DNA of 36,044 nucleotides, from positions 1-36,044 of the forward strand of contig JANRLW010000049.1 in assembly GCA_033762295.1 (NCBI GenBank), written 5' to 3'. Below the pieces are notes generated by a model, which was not told where the DNA came from, ran no database searches, and saw only the letters and a program-made list of their open reading frames with translations. Shown here piece after piece: positions 1 to 8,731 of this stretch. Position 1 is the first letter of the stretch. Every line of letters begins with the position of its first letter. This DNA is from Capsulimonadales bacterium. GTDB lineage: Bacteria > Armatimonadota > Armatimonadia > Armatimonadales > Armatimonadaceae. A program made the translations under genes and the position numbers.

Positions 1-168
1 CAGGCTTACCCCGAGCCGGTCGAGAATCCGTGCCGCCACGCTGTCATTCTCTCGAACCAGTCCCAGGAGCAGGTGTTCCGTCGATACGTAGTTCTCGCCC
101 AGCCTGCCGGCCTCTTCCTGTGCGAAAAAGACCACGCGGCGTGCCGGCTCCGTAAATCGTTGCCACAT
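1..168 (-). CDS. Clp protease N-terminal domain protein (ClpC-like), 5' part only; runs off the left edge
   Basis: Not in the ORF track. Manual translation from ATG at 168 gives MWQRFTEPARRVVFFAQEEAGRLGENYVSTEHLLLGLVRENDSVAARILDRLGVSL, a classic Clp_N repeat (TEHLLLGL). GAGGAG RBS at about 179-184. Full-length ClpC versus a stand-alone Clp_N protein cannot be decided here. Confidence 0.9.
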   Translation of the reverse strand, partial: MWQRFTEPARRVVFFAQEEAGRLGENYVSTEHLLLGLVRENDSVAARILDRLGVSL

Positions 169-192
169 TTCCGGCTTTCTCCTCATTTTCCG

Positions 193-993
193 TTATATCG
201 AGAACAGGGCGGAAAGCGTTCCGCCAAATAAAGTGCAAAAAAAGTTGACCGCATCGTTTCCGAGGCCGTGAACGCCACGGAAATGCGCCAGCGGCGTTCC
301 GTCCTCGGCGGTTCGTCGTTCCGTCAGTCGGCCGGTGGACGGATCGCGGTATTGCTCCTGCACGGTCGCGCCGAGGTAGGAATCGAGCAGCGAACCTGCG
401 AAGCCGGCGACGGCGACGGCGGAAATTCCCTGGAAGCCGGGGAAGCGAAGCGGCACGAGGAGGGCGATCACGGTGGCGCCGAGGAGGGCGGCCAGGGTTC
501 CGGGGAGCGAAACCGCTCCGGACTCGCCGGTGGCGACCGGCCGGAAATCGGTGATCCGGCGGGGTTTGCCACGTGCGAGCGAACCGATCTCAGTGGCCCA
601 GGTATCGGCATTGGCGGCGGCTAACGCCCCGAGAACGGCGCAATAGATCCATCGAGTGTCCGGCCCGAGGAACGGGATTCCGAGGGCGGCGACCGCGGCG
701 ACGCCTCCGTTCGCCAGTACCTGACCGGCATCGCGTTCTCCTCCCTTTTCGTACCGCAACGCATCCTTGCGTTTTTTACCGATCCGGGAAAGCGCGGAGG
801 AGGAGATGAAAAAGGTGAGGAGGGCCGCCGCTCCGGGAAAACCGGCGAAGCCGAACAGGGCGAACCCGACGGCGATTGCGGCGAAAAATCCGGACCAGGA
901 AAGCGCGCGAACCGCGCGCGCCGCAGACGAAATCGCGATGGCGAGGAGAAGGGCGGTCCACAGGTGGGCGGGGGCGGGGAAGACGACGGTCAT
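193..993 (-). CDS. DUF92 (TMEM19-like) membrane protein
   Basis: Motifs RDAGQVLANGG, ADTWATEIG, SGAVSLPGT, DSYLGATVQ and NDAVNF, with several hydrophobic helices. Start moved from 1320 to the in-frame ATG at 993, because the longer ORF overlaps pilT and its extension looks non-coding. Confidence 0.88.
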   Translation of the reverse strand: MTVVFPAPAHLWTALLLAIAISSAARAVRALSWSGFFAAIAVGFALFGFAGFPGAAALLTFFISSSALSRIGKKRKDALRYEKGGERDAGQVLANGGVAAVAALGIPFLGPDTRWIYCAVLGALAAANADTWATEIGSLARGKPRRITDFRPVATGESGAVSLPGTLAALLGATVIALLVPLRFPGFQGISAVAVAGFAGSLLDSYLGATVQEQYRDPSTGRLTERRTAEDGTPLAHFRGVHGLGNDAVNFFCTLFGGTLSALFSI

Positions 994-1216
994 ATCGTAT
1001 TGTACTTCCCATATCCGTCGATCCGCGGACGGTCCGGCGTCGATCTTTTTCGGGCGGGAGTGCAAATTCTCCCCGGTTCTCCGGTAAAATAGCTTGAAAG
1101 GTTTGCGACGCGAAACGCCGCACTGCGCGGTTGTGCGTCTCCGAACGAAATTGGGACGGACTCCCTTGCGTTTTCGCCGTTTTGAAGGGACCGTGCCAGG
1201 AAATTGAGGTGCCTCC

Positions 1217-2386
1217 GTGGACACATTGTTGTCGCCACCGTCGGCAGGGACCGGGTCCGACGATTCTCTCGCCGATACCGACTTTCCGTCCATCGACGAA
1301 CTTCTGATGGAGGTCGTCAAAAAGAACGGTTCCGACCTGCATCTTCGGGTGAACGAACCGCCGATTGTTCGCGTTCACGGTCATCTGGAACGCCTTCCCC
1401 TGCGGAAAATGACGCCGGACGATACGCAGCGTCTGATGTATTCCCTGATGAACGAGGAGCGTCAGAAGCGGTTCGAGAAGGAAATGGAAATGGACATGAG
1501 CCATGCCATACCGGGGATCGCTCGTTTCCGGGTCAACGTTCTGCGGCAACGGGGGCATGTCGGGGGGGTGCTTCGCCTGATTCCGACCCGGAGCAAAACG
1601 ATCGATGAACTGGAACTGCCGCAGGTGTTGAAACAGCTGTCGCTGTTGCCACGCGGACTGGTGCTGGTGACGGGCCCGACCGGTTCGGGGAAATCCACGA
1701 CGCTCGCCGCCTGTATCGATCATATCAATCGCTATCGTCGCTGTCATATCATCACGATCGAGGACCCCATCGAGTTCGTGCATGAGGACAATCTTTCCGC
1801 GATCGAGCAGCGGGAACTGGGTCAGGACACGCATTCGTTCGCGGATGCGCTGAAACATGTCATGCGTCAGGCACCGGACGTGATCCTGGTGGGGGAGATG
1901 CGGGATCTGGAGACGATCGCTCTGGCGATCACCGCCGCCGAGACCGGGCACCTGGTTTTCGCCACCCTCCATACCACCGACGCTCCGCAGACGATCGACC
2001 GGATCATCGACGTCTTTCCGCCGGAACAGCAGGAACAGGTGCGTACGCAGCTGGCGGTCACCCTTCAGGCGGTCGTTTCACAGACCTTGCTTCCGCTGGC
2101 GGATCGACCGGGACGCATTCCGGCCTTCGAGATCATGATCGCGACCCCGGCGATCCGCTCTCTGGTCCGTGAGGCGAAGACCCATCAGATTTACTCGATG
2201 ATCGAGACCGGCGCGGACTACCAGATGATCTCGCTCGACCAGTACCTGCTGAAGATGCTGCGTAAGGGAACGGTCACCATCGACCATGCGATGGCGAAAA
2301 GTTCGAACCCGAAATATCTGTTGCAGCGGTACGAGCGTCAGACGGCCGAGCAGGCGACGATGCCACACGGCACCGGCAGTCACTAA
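1217..2386 (+). CDS. pilT: Type IV pilus retraction ATPase PilT (copy 1)
   Basis: GSDLHL, Walker A GPTGSGKST, TIEDPIE Asp box, Walker B ILVGEMRD, His box GHLVFATLH and the AIRSLVRE motif. GTG start with GAGGT upstream. Confidence 0.92.
   Translation: MDTLLSPPSAGTGSDDSLADTDFPSIDELLMEVVKKNGSDLHLRVNEPPIVRVHGHLERLPLRKMTPDDTQRLMYSLMNEERQKRFEKEMEMDMSHAIPGIARFRVNVLRQRGHVGGVLRLIPTRSKTIDELELPQVLKQLSLLPRGLVLVTGPTGSGKSTTLAACIDHINRYRRCHIITIEDPIEFVHEDNLSAIEQRELGQDTHSFADALKHVMRQAPDVILVGEMRDLETIALAITAAETGHLVFATLHTTDAPQTIDRIIDVFPPEQQEQVRTQLAVTLQAVVSQTLLPLADRPGRIPAFEIMIATPAIRSLVREAKTHQIYSMIETGADYQMISLDQYLLKMLRKGTVTIDHAMAKSSNPKYLLQRYERQTAEQATMPHGTGSH
1883..1983 (+). repeat. 101-bp perfect direct repeat, copy 1 (within pilT1)
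   Basis: atcctggtgggggagatgcgg...cataccaccgacgc is identical base for base to 3005-3105. Confidence 0.95.
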
Positions 2387-2401
2387 AAAGGAAAACGTCA
2401 G

Positions 2402-3526
2402 ATGGCATATGACATTCAGCGGCTTCTGTCCGCAATTATCAAGTTCGACGGTTCCGATCTGGTTCTGAAGGCGGATTCTCCGCCGCTGTTTCGCGTTTAC
2501 GGCGAACTGAAGCCCCTCAATGCCGAGGTACTTACCCACGATTCGGTGGCGGCGCTGATCGAGACGCTTCTGACGCCGAAGCAGAGCATGATCTTTCATC
2601 GCGATCTGGAACTGGACTTCTCCTACGAGATTCCCGGCGTTTCGCGGTATCGTGTCAATATCTTTCAGCAGCGTGGGAACATGGGGCTGGTGGCCCGTGC
2701 GATCCCGTTCGATATTCGAACGATGGATGAGATCGGCCTGCCGGCGATCTGCAAGCAGTTTTGCGAGATGCCGCGCGGTCTGGTGCTGGTGACGGGGCCG
2801 ACCGGATGTGGCAAATCCACCTCGCTGGCGTCCATGATCAACTACATAAACCATTCCCGCGCGGAGCATATCGTCACGATCGAGGACCCCATCGAGTACG
2901 TTTACGAGGACGTTCAGTCGCTGATTAACCAGCGGGAACTGGGTACGGACACGCATACGTTCGCTCAGGCTCTGAAGCACGTTCTCCGGCAGGACCCCGA
3001 TGTAATCCTGGTGGGGGAGATGCGGGATCTGGAGACGATCGCTCTGGCGATCACCGCCGCCGAGACCGGGCACCTGGTTTTCGCCACCCTCCATACCACC
3101 GACGCGATACAGACGGTCGACCGGATCATCGACGTTTTCCCGACACACCAGCAGCAGCAGATCCGTGTCCAGCTGGCGGTCAATCTGGTCGGTGTTATAT
3201 CCCAGACGCTTCTGAAACGGGCGGACGGGAAGGGGCGGATTGCCGCGTTCGAAACGATGGTCGCCACCCCGGCGGTGCGGAACCTGATCCGGGAAGGCAA
3301 GACGTTCCAGTTGGGATCGACGATCCAGATCGGCGCGAAAGACGGGATGATGGACCTGGACCAGAGCCTGGCCCGCCTGGTCGCGGACGGCGTGGTGACC
3401 AGGGAGGATGCGCAGGACAAATGCGGTCAGCCGACCCAGTTCCTGCAGTATCTTGCGTATTACCAGACGGAGCAACTGGCCCGGGTTCAGGCGGACAAGA
3501 ATAAGGCCCGTCCGGTGCCCGCCTGA
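2402..3526 (+). CDS. pilT: Type IV pilus retraction ATPase, PilT/PilU family (copy 2)
   Basis: GPTGCGKST, TIEDPIE, LRQDPDVILVGEMRD, GHLVFATLH and AVRNLIRE. Starts 15 nt after copy 1. Confidence 0.9.
   Translation: MAYDIQRLLSAIIKFDGSDLVLKADSPPLFRVYGELKPLNAEVLTHDSVAALIETLLTPKQSMIFHRDLELDFSYEIPGVSRYRVNIFQQRGNMGLVARAIPFDIRTMDEIGLPAICKQFCEMPRGLVLVTGPTGCGKSTSLASMINYINHSRAEHIVTIEDPIEYVYEDVQSLINQRELGTDTHTFAQALKHVLRQDPDVILVGEMRDLETIALAITAAETGHLVFATLHTTDAIQTVDRIIDVFPTHQQQQIRVQLAVNLVGVISQTLLKRADGKGRIAAFETMVATPAVRNLIREGKTFQLGSTIQIGAKDGMMDLDQSLARLVADGVVTREDAQDKCGQPTQFLQYLAYYQTEQLARVQADKNKARPVPA
3005..3105 (+). repeat. 101-bp perfect direct repeat, copy 2 (within pilT2)
   Basis: Identical to 1883-1983; offset 1122 nt. 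Confidence 0.95.
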
Positions 3527-3677
3527 GTCAATTCCGCCTTTCTCCCTGAGCGCATCGGCGGGCGACCCAACGACACCGTTCCGTTTTCAAGGGTCGTTAG
3601 GTGGCTTTGTTCTCAATCCGGGTCGGAGCCGCCTTCTTGCGCCGGGAACCGTGATGCCACATGGGTGTATCGTTGGT

Positions 3678-4733
3678 ATGCATACCTTCCCCACCCTTTT
3701 CCGTTCTCTCGCTTTCGGGCCGGGAGAGACCAGTCTGAAGAACCGCGCCCTGATGGGGCCGATGACGCTGAATCAGGCGACCGATTCCGGGCATATCACC
3801 GATTGGATCGTCGACTGGTACGAACGGCGCGCGGCGGGCGGGTTCGGTGCGATTATCGGCGCGGCGGCGTTCGTCTCGTCCGGTGGCCGGGGTTGGCCGA
3901 ACGCGGTCGGCATCTCGGACGATGCGTACATCGAGGGTTGGCGGCGGTGTGTCGAGGCGGCCCATCGGCACGGAACGCTTTTCGGGACGCAGCTTTTCCA
4001 TGGCGGCGCGGCGAGTAAAGTTTCCCTTCTCGGACAGTCGCCGGTCTCGGCGTCGGAGTGGACCCGTGAGGGGTTTGACCCGGCCCGTGCGATGACGGAA
4101 GGCGAGATCGAACAGGTGATTGCCGATTTCGCTGCCGCCGCCCGACGGAGTGTGGAAGCGGGATGCGACTTCGTCGAACTGCACGGGGCGCACGGGTATT
4201 TGCTGCACCAGTTCTGGCGGCAGGATGTCAACCGGCGGTCGGATCGCTGGGGCGACCCGACGGCGTTCCCGGTCGCGGTGACCCGGGCGGTTCGCGATGC
4301 GATCGGTCCCGACATCCCGCTTCTGTACCGCTTCAGCATTCACGCCGACGCTCCGGAGGCCCCCAATCATCCCGTGACGCCGTCCGGGCTGAAAACCTTC
4401 CTGGCATCGCTGGAGGACGCCGGTGTCGATATCTGGGATATTTCCTGCTGGCGGGAATCCCGGCGGGGTTATTTCGGTACGGAGGTCTTCCTTTCCGACT
4501 GGGTGCGTGAGTTCAGTCGGAAGCCTCGAATCGTCGCGGGCAATATCCTGACTCCGGAGGACGCGGAGGACTATCTGGCGGGGGGCCATGCGGAAGCGGT
4601 CGCTCTGGCACGTGCCGCCATCCTGGACGCCCGATGGGTGAACAAGGCTCAGGAGGGCCGTTCCGCGGAGATTCGCGCGGTCGGCGGCGACGAATGGCGC
4701 GTCATCAACCAGGGGACGGACCCCGGTATCTGA
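3678..4733 (+). CDS. NADH:flavin oxidoreductase / old yellow enzyme family
   Basis: LKNRALMGPMT, QLFHGG, ELHGAHGYLLHQF and NRRSDRWG motifs. Start set at ATG 3678 (MHTFPTLF). Confidence 0.9.
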   Translation: MHTFPTLFRSLAFGPGETSLKNRALMGPMTLNQATDSGHITDWIVDWYERRAAGGFGAIIGAAAFVSSGGRGWPNAVGISDDAYIEGWRRCVEAAHRHGTLFGTQLFHGGAASKVSLLGQSPVSASEWTREGFDPARAMTEGEIEQVIADFAAAARRSVEAGCDFVELHGAHGYLLHQFWRQDVNRRSDRWGDPTAFPVAVTRAVRDAIGPDIPLLYRFSIHADAPEAPNHPVTPSGLKTFLASLEDAGVDIWDISCWRESRRGYFGTEVFLSDWVREFSRKPRIVAGNILTPEDAEDYLAGGHAEAVALARAAILDARWVNKAQEGRSAEIRAVGGDEWRVINQGTDPGI

Positions 4734-4813
4734 CGTATCGGACGTTTCTTCGTGGAACAGGGTGGGCGGGGAAGCGGCCCGGACGGGAAATCCTGTCCGG
4801 GCCTCGGAGTAAC

Positions 4814-5719
4814 TCAGTTGCTGATCGGGTAACCGAGCGCCGTCGGGTTCGGTGTCGGGCCGGGTACGAACTGGGGGACGGTCCAGATGTTTTTGCTCTG
4901 AAGGATATAGAAGGTTTTCAGCGGGGGCTTTGCGGAATCGGCGTCCTTCAGCGAGTACCACTTGGTGTGACCGTCGGCGAACGTCACGTTATCCCCCTCC
5001 TTGTGAATAACCCGCATTCGGATCTTGTTCAGGAAATCCGGGGTCTCGATGGTGACGTAGGTGCATCCCCAGTTGAACCCGTAGGGCGGCACTCCGGCCG
5101 AATGGAAGAACGCAATCACATTGGACGGTTGCGCCACCTCGGAGAAGGGGCGCGGCGTATTCCATACCTTGGTGCCATCGAGGGAGATGCCATAGCCGCG
5201 ACTCGGAACGCCGGTCGCGCTGAAGCCGTACGAAGCGTCCGAGCCAAGGAACCAGTTGTAGGCGTAGGTGTTGGTCATGGGTTGTCCGTTGAACTTGGTG
5301 CAGACCCCCCCGCCACTGAAGGTGGGCGCCATGGACGGACAACGGAAAATGCCCCGGCTTTTGATATAGGGCAGCATCACCAGCGACCAGCCGTTGTACG
5401 GTTCGCCCTTGTCGTTCTTGACGCCTTCCAGATTGGTATACGGTTCCTGGGCCGAGCCGACGATCGGCCAGACCTCGTCATAGTCCTGAGCGTACATCAG
5501 GGCGGCGAGTCCGACCTGTTTACCATTGGAAAGGCAGGAAATCTGACGGGCGTTCTCCCGGGCCTGACCGAAGACCGGAAAGAGAATCGCAGCGAGGATC
5601 GCGATAATGGCGATGACGACGAGCAGTTCGATCAGTGTAAAGGCCGCTATGTACGATGCTCGGATGGAAGCGTGGCCGGGGGCGATGGGGCGCCCGCCGA
5701 CGGATCGGTCGGTAGACAT
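4814..5719 (-). CDS. DUF1559 prepilin-type N-terminal cleavage/methylation protein with H-X9-DG motif
   Basis: [40 protein letters not shown]...MYAQDYDE and C-terminal [16 protein letters not shown] at 5719 follows AAAGGA. Confidence 0.9.
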   Translation of the reverse strand: MSTDRSVGGRPIAPGHASIRASYIAAFTLIELLVVIAIIAILAAILFPVFGQARENARQISCLSNGKQVGLAALMYAQDYDEVWPIVGSAQEPYTNLEGVKNDKGEPYNGWSLVMLPYIKSRGIFRCPSMAPTFSGGGVCTKFNGQPMTNTYAYNWFLGSDASYGFSATGVPSRGYGISLDGTKVWNTPRPFSEVAQPSNVIAFFHSAGVPPYGFNWGCTYVTIETPDFLNKIRMRVIHKEGDNVTFADGHTKWYSLKDADSAKPPLKTFYILQSKNIWTVPQFVPGPTPNPTALGYPISN

Positions 5720-5927
5720 GAAACAGGTCCTTTCGTCAAAATACAGAACAAAGAGTCGCCCGGGATCGGTGTCCCTGGACGTTTTCAAAGCCTGTATGAG
5801 GACTTGGGCGCCAGTTTCCTTGCATGAAGCCCCAGCCGGTTGTCGGAAGGAGTTTCTTTCCCCTTCCGAACCGATTGTAGCACAATCCTCCCGCCGTTAT
5901 GTTAAGGAAAGATTAACGAGACGCGAT

Positions 5928-6830
5928 TTACCGGTGATTGTTGACCGTAAAGGGCAGCCAGCGGTTGGTGAACGAACCGTCGTCAAACAGTTCCAGCAGA
6001 CCGTACCCGGGCGGCGAGTAGGTGGGGGGCGGGTCCGGAGCATCATTACGCCACCAACGTCCGGAAAGGGCACCGTTATTGATGAACGTTATGCCGGCGA
6101 ATTCCATCCGGTCATGCATATGAGTATGTCCGGAAAGACATAGACGGACATTGGGAAAGCGCATCAGGATCGCCACCAGAGCACGGGCATCGATGTGCAT
6201 CCAGTTGTTCGGAATTACCCAGTGGCCGGTTCGCTCGGTTTCTCCGACCTCACCGGTGAAAAACAGGGCGGCACCGCCGACAATCGGGCAATGGGAAACG
6301 AGGATAACGTTCGTCTCGGGCGGGGTCGCGGCGAGTTCCCGAACGAGCCAGGCCAGCTGGGTATCGTCCAGACGGGCGACGAAGTGTGAGGTGGACGCCT
6401 CGGCAGCGTCCCCCGCGCCGTCGAAGATACTGTCCAGAACGAAGATACGCCAGCCGGCAAGGTCCTTGTGGTAGTACGGGGAGGATAACCCCAGCCGTCG
6501 GAGCGGCAGTTCCTTACCGTAAAACGGTTCCGACCCCGTACATCCGCTTTTTCGTCGGTTCCAGCCCCAGATGTCATGGTTTCCGAGGCAATGGAGCATC
6601 GGTATCCGGCAGTGGTCATGGACGAGCGAATCCCACAGTTCCCACTGGACGTTGGCCCTCTGCAAACCGACGCCGACCCCGTCCATTATCGTGTCGCCGG
6701 TGTTGATAATGAGGTCGGGGGGTGGGTCAAGGGCCTGAAGGTGCCGCAGACAGGCCGCAAAGCCGGCGGCGGCGTCCCGTTCCGGTTGAAGATGGATGTC
6801 GCTAAGATGGACAAGGCGAAGTCGCCGCAC
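5928..6830 (-). CDS. Calcineurin-like metallophosphoesterase
   Basis: All five metal-binding motifs are present: SDIH, TGD, GNHD, SH and GHTH. Confidence 0.9.
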   Translation of the reverse strand: MRRLRLVHLSDIHLQPERDAAAGFAACLRHLQALDPPPDLIINTGDTIMDGVGVGLQRANVQWELWDSLVHDHCRIPMLHCLGNHDIWGWNRRKSGCTGSEPFYGKELPLRRLGLSSPYYHKDLAGWRIFVLDSIFDGAGDAAEASTSHFVARLDDTQLAWLVRELAATPPETNVILVSHCPIVGGAALFFTGEVGETERTGHWVIPNNWMHIDARALVAILMRFPNVRLCLSGHTHMHDRMEFAGITFINNGALSGRWWRNDAPDPPPTYSPPGYGLLELFDDGSFTNRWLPFTVNNHR

Positions 6831-6940
6831 GCGGTTTGTTCCGTGGACGCATCCTTTGGAAGGATTGTCCGCTCCTTATTCGACGATGATTGTACCCGAA
6901 CCGACTCCGTTTTGCCGTGCGTGCGCTATAGGGTTTCCCT

Positions 6941-8662
6941 TCATTTCCAGTCCACCGCATCGACGATTTCATTGGTCAGTTGCCAGCAGAGGTTTCGGTT
7001 GGTAAAGACGATGCAGGCGTTTCCTTTTTCCGGGTCCGCGAACATCTGGCAGTAGTACCCGGTGGTGTTCCCTCCCCGGAAGAGGATTTTCCGACCGTCA
7101 CGTTCGGTGATGCCGAATCCGATCGCCTGTTCGTCGCCGTCGGAATCTTTGGCGACCGGTTCGACGAGTTTCTGCGCCGTCTCTTTTGTCAGGTATTTTC
7201 CCTGGCCCCGGAGGCAGCGGAGAAGTTCGGCCATCGCCCCCGCGAACTCGTTCGGAGTGGTCCACAGCCCGGAGGCGGCGACCTCCGGATAGGCACGCCA
7301 TTTTTCGGTGAGCGGACTTCCGTTTTCGTCATGCCCGACGGCGGTCCGTTCGGATATCGACGCCGGGGGAACCACGACAAATCGGCTCTCTTTCATGGCC
7401 AGTGGCTGAAACAGCAGGTCTCGCATTACCGTGTCGAAAGGTTGACCGCTCACATCCTCGGCCACCTGCTGCAAAACGGTCCAGTTTTCCATCGCCAGGT
7501 TGAAGGTTTTTCCGGGTTCTGACGCGATAGAGGCGGGCGGTGTGACGGCGGGAGACTGGCCGTTCAGGACCTGAAGAAGCGTCGGCAGCATACCGGCGGG
7601 ATCGTAACCCAGGTACTTGTGGTAAGTAAATCCGCTCCGTTGGGTCAACAGGTCGCGGAGGGTGACACCCCGGGTGTCCTTGACGAGAGGACTTTTCGGC
7701 GTTTTCCACGTTTTCAGGTAAAGATCGATATTGCGGTCAAGATCGACCACCCCGGAATCGGCGGCGCGAAGTACGGCGGCGGCGGTCAGCGGGTGGCTCA
7801 AAGAACCCGCCGGAAACAGAGTGTCGCCCGTTACGGCCCGGTCCGCAGAGGCCTGGCCGAAAGGATGGATACCCGTCACGTTCCCCCCTCGGATAACCGC
7901 GACCACGCAACCGGGTACCCGATGGAATTTCATGCGTTCGGCCAGCGTGTAGGACTTGCCATCGATCTTGATTGGTATGTCGGTCGATTCGGCTTTCACC
8001 GGAGGCGCAGGTTTTCTTACCTTCCGGTTGGCAACACCGACCAGGGATACCCGAACGCCGATCTCCTCGGTAACGAGGATAGGCGCGACTTCCGGGGCGA
8101 TCCCGAAATCGGAACGTTTGATGGTGAAGTCACAGCGAACGTTGATGACGTCCCCTTCGAAATCGGGTCCGCGCTGAGCGGCGATTCCCCGGTAAAAGCC
8201 GACTTTGAGCGGCACGGTGAGGCGGCGCGTAACCCCTTTGCAGGTGAAATCGACGTCGACCATGCCTTCATAGAGGCACGTTTCGGCGGTACGGCGGGTG
8301 ATCTTTCCGCTCCGAATCGATTTAAGGACGCAGGTGACGGCCGGGTGCTTGTCCTCTTCCAGTCCGTAGGAACGCGCGGTTTGCGTGTAACCGTCGTTCG
8401 GGAAACGCAGGGAGGAGACATCAACGGAAATGGTCCCGGTGGTCGCCCTCGGGTCGTCGGGATCGAAACGGGCGGTTCCACGGATGCCGCTGGCAACGCC
8501 GGTGATCGGTTCGAGCGGAGAGTCGATGGTGATGGCGACGCTGTTGGTTCCTTTCGGATCGGCGAAGTCAAAATTCTGGGCACCGACCTTGAAAGGTGTC
8601 TCCGCCTGTGCCGCACAGGCGAACAAGAGCATTAAAACGAGAGGGAAAAGGAGTGTACGCAT
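6941..8662 (-). CDS. Secreted fusion: N-terminal YceI domain plus C-terminal beta-lactamase/serine hydrolase-fold domain
   Basis: Signal peptide MRTLLFPLVLMLLFACAAQA. YceI-like segments GTISVDVSSL, FTCKGVTR and IKRSDFGI. Then RMKFHRVPG..VAVI, TLRDLLTQRSG and ASGLWTTPNEFA, typical of the class C beta-lactamase-related family. Confidence 0.82.
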   Translation of the reverse strand: MRTLLFPLVLMLLFACAAQAETPFKVGAQNFDFADPKGTNSVAITIDSPLEPITGVASGIRGTARFDPDDPRATTGTISVDVSSLRFPNDGYTQTARSYGLEEDKHPAVTCVLKSIRSGKITRRTAETCLYEGMVDVDFTCKGVTRRLTVPLKVGFYRGIAAQRGPDFEGDVINVRCDFTIKRSDFGIAPEVAPILVTEEIGVRVSLVGVANRKVRKPAPPVKAESTDIPIKIDGKSYTLAERMKFHRVPGCVVAVIRGGNVTGIHPFGQASADRAVTGDTLFPAGSLSHPLTAAAVLRAADSGVVDLDRNIDLYLKTWKTPKSPLVKDTRGVTLRDLLTQRSGFTYHKYLGYDPAGMLPTLLQVLNGQSPAVTPPASIASEPGKTFNLAMENWTVLQQVAEDVSGQPFDTVMRDLLFQPLAMKESRFVVVPPASISERTAVGHDENGSPLTEKWRAYPEVAASGLWTTPNEFAGAMAELLRCLRGQGKYLTKETAQKLVEPVAKDSDGDEQAIGFGITERDGRKILFRGGNTTGYYCQMFADPEKGNACIVFTNRNLCWQLTNEIVDAVDWK

Positions 8663-8693
8663 CGGGTTTCCTTCAGGATTTTTGAGATCGAAC

Positions 8694-8731
8694 AAAAAAA
8701 TCCCGCGTTCCGGGGGAATGGAACGCGGGAT
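8694..8731 (-). terminator. Intrinsic terminator after the ECF sigma gene
   Basis: 12-bp perfect stem (8700-8711 / 8720-8731), 8-nt loop, followed by a U-tract on the minus strand. It begins at the sigma stop codon. Confidence 0.8.

Noticed and set aside
776..3475. Long minus-strand ORFs (398 and 465 aa) sharing MEGGENQVPGLGGGDRQSDRLQIPHLPHQD
   Set aside because: Antisense shadows of the two pilT genes; the shared peptide just reflects the 101-bp repeat.
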